Assembly (NCBI GenBank): GCA_016932735.1
Contig: JAFGCI010000004.1
Span: 124,711 to 188,710, forward strand
Length of the DNA: 64,000 nt
Direction: 5' to 3'
From: Candidatus Aenigmatarchaeota archaeon
GTDB lineage: Archaea > Aenigmatarchaeota > Aenigmatarchaeia > QMZP01 > QMZT01
The notes below the pieces were generated by a model. That model was not told the DNA's origin, ran no database searches, and was given only the letters and a program-made list of their open reading frames with translations. Below are positions 47,871 through 63,300 of the stretch, piece by piece (position 1 is the stretch's first letter; each line of letters starts with the position of its first letter). Position numbers and translations under genes: made by a program.

Positions 47871-48395
47871 ATGGAAGTAGAAAGGTTTGAATGGAAAGAA
47901 GAGGCAAAAAGGCGAATTCCGGATTTAAAAAGGTACATATTGATACTGACAGTTGTACTTATAACAGTCGCAATTATTACGGCGCTAATATTATTTCCCC
48001 CCGATTTATCTATTTTCAGTTTTAATCAGCCGTCAATTGAAGATATTAGTTCAGAATTGACAATATCTCCCGCGAGAAACGTTGCGGAAGAAAAGTATAT
48101 AATGACGATAGGGGAGGAGTCTACCATAAATTTTTCATTCCTTCCTGACAAGACAGGTGAGGTTAAATCCTCTATAGAACTCCCTCCAGGAGTGCAGTTG
48201 ATATCCGGTGAAATGCAGCTGAATGACAGTATTCAGTCTAATCAGACAAACTCTCTTAATGCTTACATAAGGGCTGTCCGTGTCGGCAAATGGACTATAA
48301 AAGGTTTAGTCATAACGGACAACGGGACATTCGAGAAATCCTTTGATTTATGCATAGATGTCCTGGAAGAAAATGCAAGGGATAGGTGTAAATGA
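47871..48395 (+). CDS. Small membrane-anchored hypothetical protein, translationally coupled to the second giant gene
   Basis: 174 aa with one TM helix (ILILTVVLITVAIITALILF), then a beta-rich domain. Its TGA stop overlaps the ATG of the next gene (ATGA at 48392-48395). Confidence 0.45.
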   Translation: MEVERFEWKEEAKRRIPDLKRYILILTVVLITVAIITALILFPPDLSIFSFNQPSIEDISSELTISPARNVAEEKYIMTIGEESTINFSFLPDKTGEVKSSIELPPGVQLISGEMQLNDSIQSNQTNSLNAYIRAVRVGKWTIKGLVITDNGTFEKSFDLCIDVLEENARDRCK

Positions 48396-51300
48396 AAAAA
48401 TCCCAAGTAAAATTTGGGTCTGGGCAGTTATCAATCCTTTTCGTATTCATAGCTGTGCTTATTTTTACGGTCTCATTTACAGGCATAGGGCAATCTGCAT
48501 CTCCTATAGTAGTAACATGTAACAAGGATAACTATGACACTAATGAGGTAATGGCATTTCAGGTTCAGGGAGATGCCGGCAAAGAATTCGGATTCTACAT
48601 ATACGGACCGGACGGGGAAAAAGTCTTTCCTTTAGGAGATCCTGTCTGGACTCTGAACAGTTACGGAATGCACAATTTCTATCTTGAAGGATTTGGAGAA
48701 AATGGTTTATACAAGGCCGTTGCTGTATTCGGTGAAGAAAGTTTTGAGAAAGTCTTTACTGTCGTAAGCGCTGCTGAATCAGAAAGCAATATTGAAGATA
48801 AGCAGGAATTATTGCCGGTTGAAAAGAATGTCGAAGAGGAAACAATGAACGGGGAAAAAACCGAGACCGAAATACAGGCATCAAAAAGGCCGCCCGGAAA
48901 ATATATGCATTACAAAAAGATATTGTCGTACCAGCCTGATGCAATAAAAGAAATACCTGAAGGAGCGATAAACGTCAATGTCTATACAGTCGGTAAGCCA
49001 GGAAAAGGAACTCTTGCGGATAAAACAGGACCATCTGAAACCGTCATAGAATATTACGCGCCTTCAGGGCCAGTAAGAGGTTCGGATTCGTTCGGGAATC
49101 CTATACAGGAAAGCGCAGAAAATGAAAGATACAAGCTGGCAAGTTATGGTACCGTTATAAATCTCGTTGAAGCGAAGGAGACACCTGGAAAAGTAAGACT
49201 CACTTATGAAATCATGAATGAAGGCGGAAAGGATTTCAGTTACATAGCATTAACCTCTTCCCAGAAGCCTATAGTAAACGCTTTCCGATTTGCTGAAAGG
49301 TCCAGAACAGTGTACCATTCCAACGAAACTATTTATGAAGGTGACGTCAGGGAAAGCCACCCCTACGCGACACGAAAGGATTACATACCCTACGATGAAA
49401 ACCTTCAGGAATCAAACTATACTGTAATATGCTATGCATACGAGGATTCCGTCCCTTACACCGAAAGGGAATATATAGAAATAAAATCGATTGCAATATT
49501 AACAGACTTCATTAACGAATGGAATGCGGAATCCAACATCATATTCGATCCGATAAAGGAGGAGCTGGAAGCGGCCGGAGCCAATTATGACATAAATATG
49601 CTTGAACCTGATATACTGCCCACATTTGATGAGACCGTCTACATATACCGCCTTGAACATAATCCTTCAGAGAGCACATACATAGAATATGAAACTCCTA
49701 ATGAGAAGACGAAGTTTCTTCTTCTTGATCCTGCCGGAGGCTCCTGGTGGAATTCCTCCTGGCTTTATACAATGAACCTGACCGTGGATTCATCCCTGGT
49801 TGATGCGGAATTGACAGACTTTCCGGTAATGGTCAACCTCACTTCCGGAAGGTTTAATTTCTCCAGAGCGCAGAGCAATGGAGAAGACATAAGATTCGTG
49901 GATAACTATTATAACGACTTGCCACATGAAATCGAGTACTGGAATGCGACATCACAGCAGGCGATAATCTGGACCCGACTTTCAAATGTATCAAATACCA
50001 CCGACACAACGTTCTGGATGTATTACGGTAATGATGCTGTATCCGACGGTCAGAACATGACAGGTGTATGGGATTCCGAATTCCTTCTTGTCCAGCATCT
50101 GGATGAAACCAGCGGGACATACCATTACGATTCGTCTCAATATGGAAACGACGGAACGGTAAGCAGCGTCACAATGGACTCCGCCGGAAAGATAGACGGC
50201 GGAGACCAGATTCTTGGCGGAAGCGGCAGATATGTACGCCACGACTTCAACACTTCAAATGTTGTGACAGTGTCTGCATGGGCGCAGCTTCCGGATAACA
50301 CCGACGACGACATGATATGGGTGATAGACAGGGTCGGCGTAAACGACCTTGACCTTTGGTTTACTGATGGATACACATCACCGAGGCTTTTCCTGAATAC
50401 ATGGGACAGCGACGGCAACCCTATATGCAGCCAGCCATCAGGTGTCGGCAACTGGCATCTCTATACAATGGTTATTGATAACGGAAACACAAACCTATAC
50501 ATCGACGGACAGCTTGCAGGCTCTCCTGGCTACAGAGACCCTACAGGAGTCGGATTTTACATATCATGGACAACGACTTACGGATGGAATGGCTACGTCG
50601 ATGAAGTCCGTGTATCCAATACTTCAAGAAGCCTTGCTTGGATTAATGCATCTTTCTACGCTCAGAATGATTCTCTGATTATATACGGCAAAGAAGAGGC
50701 AAGTTCTGATGTCTGGTGGAACATTTCATGGGATTTCAGAATTCTTGTAATTGTCAACAGCACCAATTTCACAAGAGACGACGACCCCATTGAAAAGTTT
50801 ATCAATTTCACGCAGGAATTGGAAAGTCTGGGCGCGGCGGGAAAGACCTTTGACAATAACTCAATACGAGTTTTTGAATATGATACAGCGACAAACCGTT
50901 ATCTTCATGAAGTCCCGTCCCAGTTTGACAATTCTTCCAGTTATAATGCAACGACTAACGCCTACGGCGAAGTCATATGGATAATGAACGGGACGACGCA
51001 GAACAATACTATAAGGAAATATTACATTTATTTTGATACGACAGATAGCCCTAAGTCAGAGCCTTCATATTACACCGACTTGTCATACACGTTTAATTCC
51101 GGAAATGCTGTAATACAGAATGAGCATTTCGAGGCGACTCTTGACGATTCTGGGGTCATTTCAGACATTGAAAATTACAATGGAAGCGGAACAGATGTCA
51201 TTGAAAACGACTGGTACTGGAACGCTTTCAGGACAGTTGACGATTGGGCAATACAGTCTTTCACGGCAGATTGGGTAAGAAGATATTGCGGGCCCGTAAG

Positions 51301-54300
51301 ATGTACCATTTCCTCGGAAAACATAACGGTCACGGATACTTCCTATGCAAACACAACATATTATGTTTATTCAAAAGTCCCCGAAATCAGAAGCCTCAAG
51401 TCGTGGACAATGTCCGCAAATGAAGGAATGCAGATAGTCGATGATCTTAATGTAGGTGGAGGGAACACATTCAACTGTACTGCAGGAGCAAATCCGTCAG
51501 TCACGGGAACAACTATGATGGATTCTTCAGGCGACAATGAGAGAACAGGCATTGACAGAAGTGCCGCCGGTCTCTATACCAGCGGCTGGTGGTCTTACAG
51601 AGTTATCGGAGCTTCAATAGACGCTTTTGCCGTTGTCAGAAAATACGCACACAACAGCACAGGAGGCGACTTCCAGATGCATACAAACTGGTACGACGGC
51701 GGCGAGCATTCCGCAGGCTGGGAATCCGGATATAATGGGGGAGCAGATTTCCAGAATGGGCAGACATACACAATCGCAAACTGTTATTACCTGGCAAATT
51801 CGACCGATTCCGACTACCAGTATGCTTTCGGTTATTATAATAAGACAATGTCTCCGGTAAATATAAATCTCAACAAGACAGAAGGTCTCGCAAATCCGAT
51901 GATTTCAAGCTCAAATATACAGGCAAACGACACCAATCCACAGGCCGGAGACGCGGTATTGATAAACGCCACAATAATAAATGACGGCTACAACAATGCA
52001 AGCAACATTAAAGTGAGGTTCTTTGACGGCGATGAAAACGGAATACAGATAGGTTCAGATAATTTGATAGAGTTTCTCGGACCCGGAGAAAACGGAACAG
52101 TAGAGGTTGTATGGGACACGACACTCAAAGGCGGAAGCCATACAATTACCGTTGTAATAGACCCCGAAGATTTTATCTTATCAAATCCTTCCGATAACAT
52201 AGCAAACATAACAATAAATGTAGAATCGTCTCTCGATCTAACAGTTCTTAACAGCGAGATATTTTTTGACAACGATGTCCCCTCTGCGGGAGAGGCTGTT
52301 AATATTACAGCCACAATACGCAATACAGGAACATCTACGACAGCATCTCCGGACGTGCGTGTGAAATTCTTCGACGGAGATCCCGGAGACAATCCCAGCT
52401 CGCCTTTATCGAACCAGATAGGAACAGATAAACTCATCTCCTCACTCCCTCCGGGAAATTCCTCAAACGTATCCGTTCTCTGGGACACCACAGGAGAGGA
52501 TGGCTATTACGACATTTATGTATGGATAGATCCATTTGACGTTTTCTTGGAAGACAATGAAACAAATAATAAAGCATACAGAGAAATCGCGGTCAACCCC
52601 CCGGAGCTTTATCTGAGTTCTAACGATATTATTTTTAATGTGACAAGTCCGATAGAAGGAGAGGATCTTCTAATTAATGCAACCATTCACAACAGCGGAG
52701 GAAATCCCGTTTACAACGTTCTCGTTTCATTCTATCAGGCGGCTGACGGACAGAACTACACACTGATAGATACAACGACATTGTCAGAGATAGGCAATGC
52801 TTCTTCAGAGAACGCCAGCGTTTACTGGGATACAACAGGGAATTCAGGAAGTTACACCATATTGGTATCAGCAGATTCTAATGACAACATTCCTGAGCAA
52901 AATGAAGACAATAATAATGCAACGAAACCTCTTTTCATAACACCCAATGTATGGGTATGGTGGAACAGTTCGTGGCATTACAGGATTCCGGTCACAATAA
53001 ATACAGGAAGCTATTCAAGAACAGACGAGCCGATAGAGAAATTTATCAACTTTACATACGAGCTTTATTCCCTGAATGTGACCGATGCATTAGACAACAA
53101 TTCCATAAGGGTCATAGAATACAACACAACCACAGGAAAGGCGATACACGAGATGCCGTCGCAGTTCGACAATGTATCGTCTTATAACAGCTCGATAAAT
53201 GCGTACGGTGAAGTAATATGGATTCTTAACGGAACTACTCCAAGCAACACCGACAGGTATTTCTTCATTTACTTTGACATTATAAACAACTCAAAAACAG
53301 CTCCTTCATATATCACAGATTTATCCGGCTCATTCAATGCCGGAAATACCCTTATACATAGCGACCATCTCAATGTGACCATAGACAACTCGGGCGTCAT
53401 AGACGACATAAGAAGCCTTGACGGAAACAGCTCTGATGTCGTCGAGAACTGGTACTGGAACTATTTCAGGGTCGAGAATCCATGGACGAACCAGGATTAT
53501 GCCACCGGCAACTGGGCATACCGCTACTGCGGTCCTGTCAGGTGCAAGGTAATAGTGGACGGCATAACGCTGAACGCCGACTTCTCCAATCTCAACACGG
53601 CATATCATGTCTATTCACAGTCAAGGGAAGTCAGGAGCTTCAAGAACTGGACAATGGTCAATTCACAGGGCCTTCAGATAGGCGACGACCTTAATGTCGG
53701 CGGATTGACCAATTTCACATGCACAGGTTCGAACCCGAGCTGGATAGAGACAGATTACATGGATACAGTAAGCGATGGTGAAAGGACCGATAGGAGCGGA
53801 TCTTATGCATACGAAAGCGGCTGGTGGGCATACACAATTACGAGCAGCAGCTACTGGGACGCGTATGCAGTTGTCAGGAAGTATGTAAGGGATGATCTGG
53901 GAAACAACATCACGATGCACACGAATTGGTGGGATGACGGCGAGCATGCCGCCGGATGGGAGCAGGGAGCAGAATATGGGGGAACAGATTTCACAGCAGG
54001 AAGGTCTTACTCGGCGGCAAACTGGTATTACGTGACGACGAACACGAACACGACGAGCTACCAGTACGCGGTCGATTATTATGACAGGACTCTTAATCTT
54101 TCACAAATAAATGTTTCGGGGGCTGAAGAGGTTCCCGAATTCAATGCCACGATAACATCTTCTGTAGGCGACCAGATAAGGGGAACTCTTATCAATCTGG
54201 AAGCTTCTGCCACAAACGAAGGAACTGTGGACGCTCTTGATGTATGGCTTAACTGGACACTGCCATCCGGATGGTCTGTTGATACAGGAACAGCAGAAAA

Positions 54301-57300
54301 ACCTCTCGGAAAATTGTCAGCTGGAGATACCGAATGGAACAATATAAGCGCCAATAATTATGGCGCCGCCCTTGGAGAACAAATATTATACTTCAACGCA
54401 AGTTCAGCCGACGGAATTGCTGGCGGAGATTACATAACTTTCAACCTTTCAGCAAATACATATCTTTTTGATTTCCAGAGCGATAAAGAGGAGCCAAAGG
54501 TGGGAGAGACCATCGTGTTTCAGGTCAAACTCGCATACGATAACGGAACTCAGATACCTGGCCAGAACGTCACGTTTTATGACAAGACCGACGGCGTCCT
54601 GATGGGTTCCAACATTACAGGCTCGCCTGCCTATCTTGAATATCTCATACCTTTAAGCGCCAGCGTCGGTACTCACGAAATAAACGCATCGTTCACAGGA
54701 AACGATTCGGTTTTCATTGAATCTTCTTACATAATTTATGAAATAGACGTGAAAGATGCTCCGCATATCAACAGCGTCTCAGCTTCTCCCCAGACAATCG
54801 GATACGGTTATACCGTTACTATTACTGCAAATGTAACGGACCAGACAGGAGTTGATACTGTAAGGATAAATATAACTTATCCTGCAGGGTCTTATTACGA
54901 GTATGATATGATTAACACCAGCCAGGACATTTATGAGTACAACTTCACAGACAGCTATACATGGGGTTCTTTCAGTTATACGATATGGTCTAACAACACA
55001 GACGGTGAGAATATCACAAGCTCTGTCAATTATTTCTATGTAAAGCCCAATCAGACAATGTCCATCCAGACGGATAAAACAGGCTACGGCCCCAATGAAA
55101 TGGTTGACCTGAAGCCGGCAGGTGATTGGTGGCGTGCATCATGGACATACAGGATTCCTATAAACATAACCGAGAATTCCGGGAGCAGCCTTACTGATTA
55201 CCAGATATATTACACCTTTGACAGCTCTGCTCTCATAGAATCCGGAAAGATGAACTCTTCATGCAAGGACATACGCTTTGCAGATACTTCCGGAACGGAG
55301 CTACCTTACTATCTTGAGGAATCGAACTGCAACACCAATGAGACGAATGTCTGGATAAAGGTTCCACAGATAACCGCGTCAGGAAACACAACCATCTACC
55401 TTTATTTCAACAATATGGAGGCGGAGAGCGAAAGCAACGTTACAGCCGTCTTCACTTATGACGAGCTTCAGGAACTTTATTACGAGATAAACAGCAGGCC
55501 GTCAAACGACAATCTAAATATATCGGCTTATGTGAATGGAACCAATGTTACCATCTCGACGCAATCAGCTCTTATAGACATTCAGGAAGTCGTGACTTTC
55601 AGTTCAATATCCCAGGGAGCCATCATAAATTCGACAGGTCCGATATCTGGAAAGATTCTCGACGACCAGACCGATACTTTCGCGCCCATGGCTTTTGCCG
55701 GGTCAAAATTTGGATTCCCGAGGACAAGAAATGGGACGGCTTATCTGGATGTATGGTTCATAAGGACGCCTTTCGGCGATGCGAACATCACGATATACAA
55801 CTATTCTGAAACAGGAATCCTCCAGAACAGCGACTCATTCTTCGTCGCCGAAGGGTTAACAACGACCCTGACATTCAATATAGATGATGAGGGAACAGGC
55901 CTTCTGGAATCCAACGTCTCAATACTTGCCGGATACAGACAGGGAGGAAACGATGCCGTGATTCTTTATCCGGCAACGACGGAATTATATGGCGTGTCAG
56001 CTCCAGGTTATGTGACCGTTCTTGAAGATGACACTGATTTGTATATATACCGTAGCGGAAGCAGTACATCTGTATCAACGAACCTGCAGAGGGGACAACA
56101 GTATTCTCTCGGTTCAAGCGGAACCCAGGGAACGGGAAACGCCTTCCATCTGTTATCTGACAAGCCCATCGTTGCGGCAAGCTTTGGAGACGGTGACGGG
56201 GGGGAGGCAATAGTCTTCTGGCATCCAAAGGAATTGAACACGGAGTACATAATTCCGACAGATACACAGTACATATCAATCTCATGCCCGCGAACAACAG
56301 AAATATCGCTTTATTACCCGAACGGGACACTGAACTCAACTGAGATTTGCACTTCTACAGATTCCGGTCCCGAATACCCGAGAAAGGCGTATTTTGGTTG
56401 CGGAACAACGAGCTGTGGTGCTGTATATCCTGCCGGCATGAGGGCTTTATCAAACGATACATTCTATGTATTTTATGAATACACTGACCAGGATGAAACC
56501 AATGTGTTAGGCCACATCCAGGCACGTAAGACGTCGTATCCGGAGCCAAACCTGTCTTCCGGAAACGAAGAGCTGATCGGCTCCATTTTCGACAACTTCG
56601 GCAGCGTTAACAGCACCGGATATTTCCTGATGAAGGTCCAGAAATATTCCGGCGGTTCCTGGGCTACTGCGTCTTCAGGAATAATACTCGAAGACAGGAA
56701 TCCTCCCCCAACCCAGAGGAACTTTACAGCATTCACATCGCTCGACCTTTCAACATTGTGGGGTGGTTGGAATACAAGCATCTGCGATCCCGGAACTTAC
56801 AGGGCTTATGTCGAGGTTGTCGATTCTGCTAATAACATACTTAAAGATGCATGGGGAAACGATCTTGTTTCAACTTACAACTTCACGCTCCTGTCCCCGA
56901 ATCCGGAAATAACAAACCTGACTCATGAGAACGGTTACGAGTACGGCATAGACGAATATGAAGTCGGAGATACGATAGAATGGATAAACATAACCATAAC
57001 CAACTACAATGCGACAGCCCTGAAGGCCAACATGACGCTCAATGTCATAGATTCCAGCGACGAGCAGGCTTCATGGGGACCCAGCTCAAGCCAGTATTGC
57101 GGTGATATACTCCCTGAAAACTCCTGCATGAAGAGATGGGACAATTCAAGCAACGGTTATCAGATACCTTTAGATGCGACCCCGGGAACTTATACGTTTA
57201 CATGGAACGTCTCTCTTGAATGGGAAAACGGAGACGGTTTTGTAAGCCTCAACTCATACACGTTCAAAGTTCACAATCTTTCAAACTATCTTGAAAGTGA

Positions 57301-60300
57301 GCTTTCCCCTTCCAGAATAAACCTGGGCGAAAATTCCACATACAACCTCACGATATTCAATCCATGGTCTAAGAATGCAACCGATATCAACATAACAATC
57401 AACTGCCCGGAAAATATAAATCTGACATGCCGGTGCGACATGTCGGGGCAGAGCGGCGAAAACTGTACTATAAGCAACATAGAAAGGACGCTTCTGGACA
57501 CCTGGCTGGAAACTTCATGGCCTTACAGAAGGCCCATCAACATAACAGAAAACACCGGCGAGGAACTTAGTGATTACCAAATTTATTATGTTTTCGATAC
57601 TACCCCCTACATAGCCTCCGGAGTCATGAATTCATCATGCAAGGACATAATGTTCTCTGATTATACAGGGGCAAATCTTCCTTATTTCCTTGAGCCGGGA
57701 ACATGCAATACGACAAACACGAGCATCTGGATAAAGGTTTCCAATATTGCCGCATCGGAAAACACAACAATATACCTTTATTATGGCAACATGAACACGG
57801 AAAGCGCAAGCAATGAAATCAGCACTTTCAGTTACGACACATTGCAGGCTTTGTACTATGAGCTTAGCGACGAAGCCTCGGGAAGCAATGTCTATATATC
57901 AGCTTATCAGGACGGAACATCAGTAAGCGTTGAAGGGACGACAGAGACGGTTGACAGGCAGGAATCTGTTTTGTTCGGATCTGTCTCACAAGGAACTTCA
58001 ATAAGCTCTACCGGACCTGTTTCAGGAAAGATGGCGATAACAGAGACCGGTACAATAGCACCTATAGCATTTGCCGGAAAGCAGTTTGCATTCCCATATG
58101 TAAGGACGGGAAACAACAATGATGTCTGGCAGGTCAGGACGCTTTTCGGCGATGCGAACATCACGCTTTACAACTACACAGCAGCGGGAGCTTTTGTAAA
58201 CTCTACATCTTTCATAATTCCAGATTCAACGACAACAACTATAACATTCAACATAAATGATACAGGAATGGGAATTCTGGAATCGAACGTTTCAATAATT
58301 GTTGAATACAGGGCCGGAGGAGGGAGTGACTCCGAAGTCCTTTATCCTGCAACAACCGAACTTTATGGAGTGTCAAGCAGCGGCTACGTCGGTGCTCTGG
58401 AAGACGGGACGACTGTATATGCGTACAGCAGCACCGGGAACAGTCCCGCCACAATAAATTTGGACAGAGGCGAAAGCTCTGCCTTGGGTTCTACAGGAGG
58501 TCAGGGAGCAGGCAGTTCTTTTCATCTCGTTTCCAATAAACCCATTGTCGGAATAAGCCAGGCAGACGGTGACGGGAATGAGGCAACAGTCTTCTGGCAT
58601 CCGAGAGAATTCAACAGTGAATATATCATCCCCTCACCCTCGGAATATATTGCAGTTGCATGTCCTCGGACAACAAATATCACGCTTTATTATTCCAACG
58701 GAACCTATTATTCGAGCCAGCTCTGCCAGTCCACAAACTCAAGTTCTGAATATGCAAGGAAAGCTCTTTTCACATGCAGTGGAAGTGCATGCTACACTGC
58801 AGGTATGATGGTTTCATCAAACGACACATTCTTTGCATACCACGAATACACCGACCAGGATGAAACCAACATGCTTAGCTTTAAGCAGGCAAGGAAGTCG
58901 GTATCTTCCGAACCGACATTATCGACATTAGGAAACGAGGAAACAAACATGTATAATGAATCGGTAAGCTTCCTTCTGATTACAAATTCTTCCACAGAAT
59001 TCGGCGACTATGACGTGAATGTAACGGTCACATACAAAAATCTCGGCAATGAAACAAAAACATACGAATACAGGAACAACCAAATACTGGAAATAAGGGT
59101 TGAAGGAGTCCAGCTCACTGATTTCAATTACCCTGTTAATGTCACAAGAAACAACACGATAAACCTGACCACTTATGTCAACAATACACGCGATTCCGGA
59201 GACGCGACCAACGTGTGGGTAAATTACACGACTTTGCCTGCGAACTGGTCGATAACAGCAGGCTACCAGAACCTTATGGTAGGTGACCTCTCTCCGGGGG
59301 AAATCAACTGGAGCAATATAACAGTTGATATAAACATAAACGCCACGCAGGGCCCCCAGCAGCTTGCAATAGAATCTAGCTCCGATGAAGGCTACTTCGA
59401 CAGGATAAGACCGGAGATAACAGTCTTTGCTGGGACCGATGTGAATCTTTATTCAAACGTTACTGATATAGTCATAGGAAATCAGGTAAAGCTTCTCGCC
59501 CACCTGACACTGGATACAGGAGCGGATTCAGTTTCAAAAAATATATCATTCTATGACAATTCCACTTATCTCGGCTCTGCAATAACCAACTCCACTGGCT
59601 GGAGCCAGCTTATTTACACCATACCGGTAGGCTCTGAAGTCAGGAACCACACATTCAATGCTACATATAGTATCAATTCCACTTCATACACATGGCAGTC
59701 TTATGATGAAAAGAATATCTCGGTTCACGACAAACCTTTAATAACAAATATAAGCGCATTGCCCAATGTACAGGGATTCGGGCAGAATGTAACCATAACA
59801 GCAAACGTTACGGATGAGGAAACCGTCGACTTTGTTAGAAGTTACATAACATATCCCAACACATCCTCGTTGTTGCTGACGCTTTCCAACGCGACTATGG
59901 ACATCTACAACAATACTTTCTCCAATACATGGCAGGCCGGCATTCATAGTTATTATATATGGGCAAACGACTCTCTTGGATACTATAATACATCAGACAC
60001 ATTTAATTTCCGCGTAAGCTCAAACGGAAGCCTTATAATAAGAGGCGACAAGAGTTCCTACGGTCCCAATGAAAATATAGCCGTCAACGGGACGCCTCTT
60101 GACTGGTGGAACGATTCATGGATTTACAGGAAGGCCGTCATCATTCAGGAGACAGGCGGCAGCAACCTTTATGAATACCAGATAAAACTGAACCTGACTT
60201 CCGGTAATTTCAATTTCTCAAAGACTAACCAGACAGGAGATGATATCAGGTTCATCTGGTATAATTCGACAAGTTCCCAGTATGAACTGGTCCCATACTG

Positions 60301-63300
60301 GATAGAGAAATGGAATTATAGTATGCCTTCGGCTTTAATATGGATTCAGGTACCGAAAATCACCGCTTCCCAAAACACGACCATATATATGTATACCACA
60401 CCATCACTTGAGGTTTCAGCTGCGAGCAACAAGACTTCTGTATTTTCTTTCGATGCGGGGAGGGGAATCTATTATATAGTTAATTACAGGGATTCAGGTG
60501 TTCAGGTAAACCTGACAGCCTACGAAAACTCGACAAATATAACCATAGGAGCTTACACCACACTGATTAACGAATACGATACGGAAACCATAAACCCTTC
60601 ATACGTATCTCAGGGAGCGGAGATAAATGTAACGGGACCCCTGTCCGGAAGGGCTTTGGGAACATCCAACGATGCAATACACCCGATATCATGGGCTGGA
60701 AAAAACTTCACCATGGCCTGTACCAGAAGCACCGATGAATGGAGCTTCTACTCGCCTTTCGGAAATGCAAACGTAAAGATATATGAAGGTGTATCTGGAA
60801 CCGCGAAAACCTCTTTCACTGTTACAAAAGGAACTGCATATACATCATCAACCGATATTTCAGATGGCAACGGTGTTGTCATCGAATCGGATTATCCGAT
60901 CCTTGTGACACACGGAAGCTCGCAGGCTCAGGATGTTGCCCCCTTATATCCGGCAAGCAACGACCTTTGGGGCGTCTCTTCAGGAAACTCGTATTTCTCA
61001 GTTCTTGAAGACGGGACAAGCGTGACCGTGTATTTCAGCGACGGTACATACGACAGCTATTCTAATCTTATGAGGGGGACATACTCTACAATAGGGAATG
61101 GCGGAGGAGACGGAACAGGCGACGGTGTCCACATTGTCTCCAGTAAAAGAATATCCGCCATATCTCAGGGAGACGGCGACGGAGGAGAGATAACATCGTT
61201 CCTTCCTGAAGACGAGCTTGACACAGAATACGTGCTCCCGACAGGAGCTGAATATGTGGCTGTAGTGTGCGTAAGAGATAACACAAACGTGACAGTATAC
61301 AATTCCGATGGCTCGTTCAATTCGAGTATGATGTGCAACACGACTTCATACCCATATCCGAATAAACTGGTGTTTGGAAACATATCGGGAGATACACCGG
61401 CTCCTGTCTGTTATTCGCAGGGTGTCAGGTTCGTTGCAAACGACAGCATATATATATACTATGAATTCGCTGATGGCACGAACGACGGGGAAGAAACAAA
61501 CATACTTAATGAAAAGCAGGGCCGCCAATATTTCTATCCGGAACCCGTTCAAAGGATATCATATGAAGAAGAAAATATGGATTATGCACATCTTCAGGAC
61601 GTCGGCTCGACCAACATGAGTGGTTACCTTCTTGTAAAAATACAGCAAAACTCCGGCGGCGGATGGGTTGATTTTGCAACAATTATTAATGATATTTCTG
61701 ATTCGACAACAAGAACGATTAATACATCCATACCGCTGAACATAACAAAACTATGGAATGATATAGGCGGATGGAACACCGACAGATATCAGAACGGAAG
61801 CTACAGGATATATGCATCATTTCTGGATCCTTCGGGCAATGTCCTTTACAGCGACGACAGAGGCTATATGACATATATACACAATTTCACCATAACACCT
61901 CCGCCGGCTATAATATATATTACTAATATAACAGTCTACGACGTGACCGACAAAGAGAACCCACAGACCAATACATCAGAATTGACAGGCTATGGGACAA
62001 ACACAACATTCAACATGTATACAGGAAGCCAATACCGTGTTGAATTCCTTCTTGAAAGCAGCGCTTCAAGCACTGGCTCTTGGAATATAGCCGGTTCCAA
62101 TGCAACCCATTCCGGCCTCCATTCCAACTGGACAGTCAATGCCAGCAAGGGTTATGGGAACTGGTGGAACTCTTCATGGACTTATAGGTTCCCCGTAACA
62201 ATAAACGCGACGTCGCAAAACAGGACAGACCTTCCGATAGAATATGTGGTGAACTTCACCCAGAAGCTGGCCGATTTCGGTATTACAGAAAAAACATTCG
62301 ACAACAATTCCATAAGGGTTATAGAGTATAATACAACAACTGACGCAGTCCTCCATGAAATACATTCCCAGTTTGATAATTCAAGCACATACAATGCAAC
62401 TATAAATGCCATAGGAGAGCTTATCTGGATAATGAACGGAACCACTCTTAGCGGGGACGCAAGGAAATACTACATTTATTTTGATACGACAGATAACCCT
62501 AAGTCAGAACCGTCATATACAACGGAACTGTCTTATACATTCAATGCCGGAAATACCCTTATACATAGCGACCATCTCAATGTGACCATAGACAACTCAG
62601 GCGTCATAGATGACATAAGAAGCCTCGATGGAAACAGCTCGGACGTCGTCGAGGACTGGTACTGGAACTATTTCAGGGTCGAGAATCCATGGACTCTCCA
62701 GAGCAACGTCAACGGAAACTGGGCATACCGCTACTGCGGTCCTGTCAGGTGTAAGATAGTAGTCGATGGAATAACCCTGACAGGTGACTTCTCTGACCTG
62801 AACACAACATATCATGTCTATTCACAATCAAGGGAAGTCAGGAGCTTCAAGAACTGGACAATGGTCAACTCCCAGGGCCTTCAGATAGGCGACGACCTGA
62901 ATGTAGGAACGCTGTCCAACTTTACATGCACCGGTTCAAACCCGAGCTGGATAGAAGTTGATTATATGGATGCGTCGGGTTCTTCAGAGAGAACTGACAG
63001 GAACGGTGCGTATGCATATGACAGCGGCTGGTGGGCTTACACAATTACGAGCAGCAGCTACTGGGACGCGTATGCAGTTGTCAGGAAGTATGTGACAGAC
63101 GACCTTGGGAATAATTTCACAATGCATACCAATTGGTACGATTCTAGTGAACATTCAGCAGGATGGGAGCAGGGAACAAGTAACGGAGGAACAGACTTTA
63201 CCGCGGGAAGGAGTTATTCAGCAGCAAACTGGTATCATGTGACTACAAACACGAATAAGACGAGCTACCAGTACGCGGTCGATTATTATAATAATGTCCT

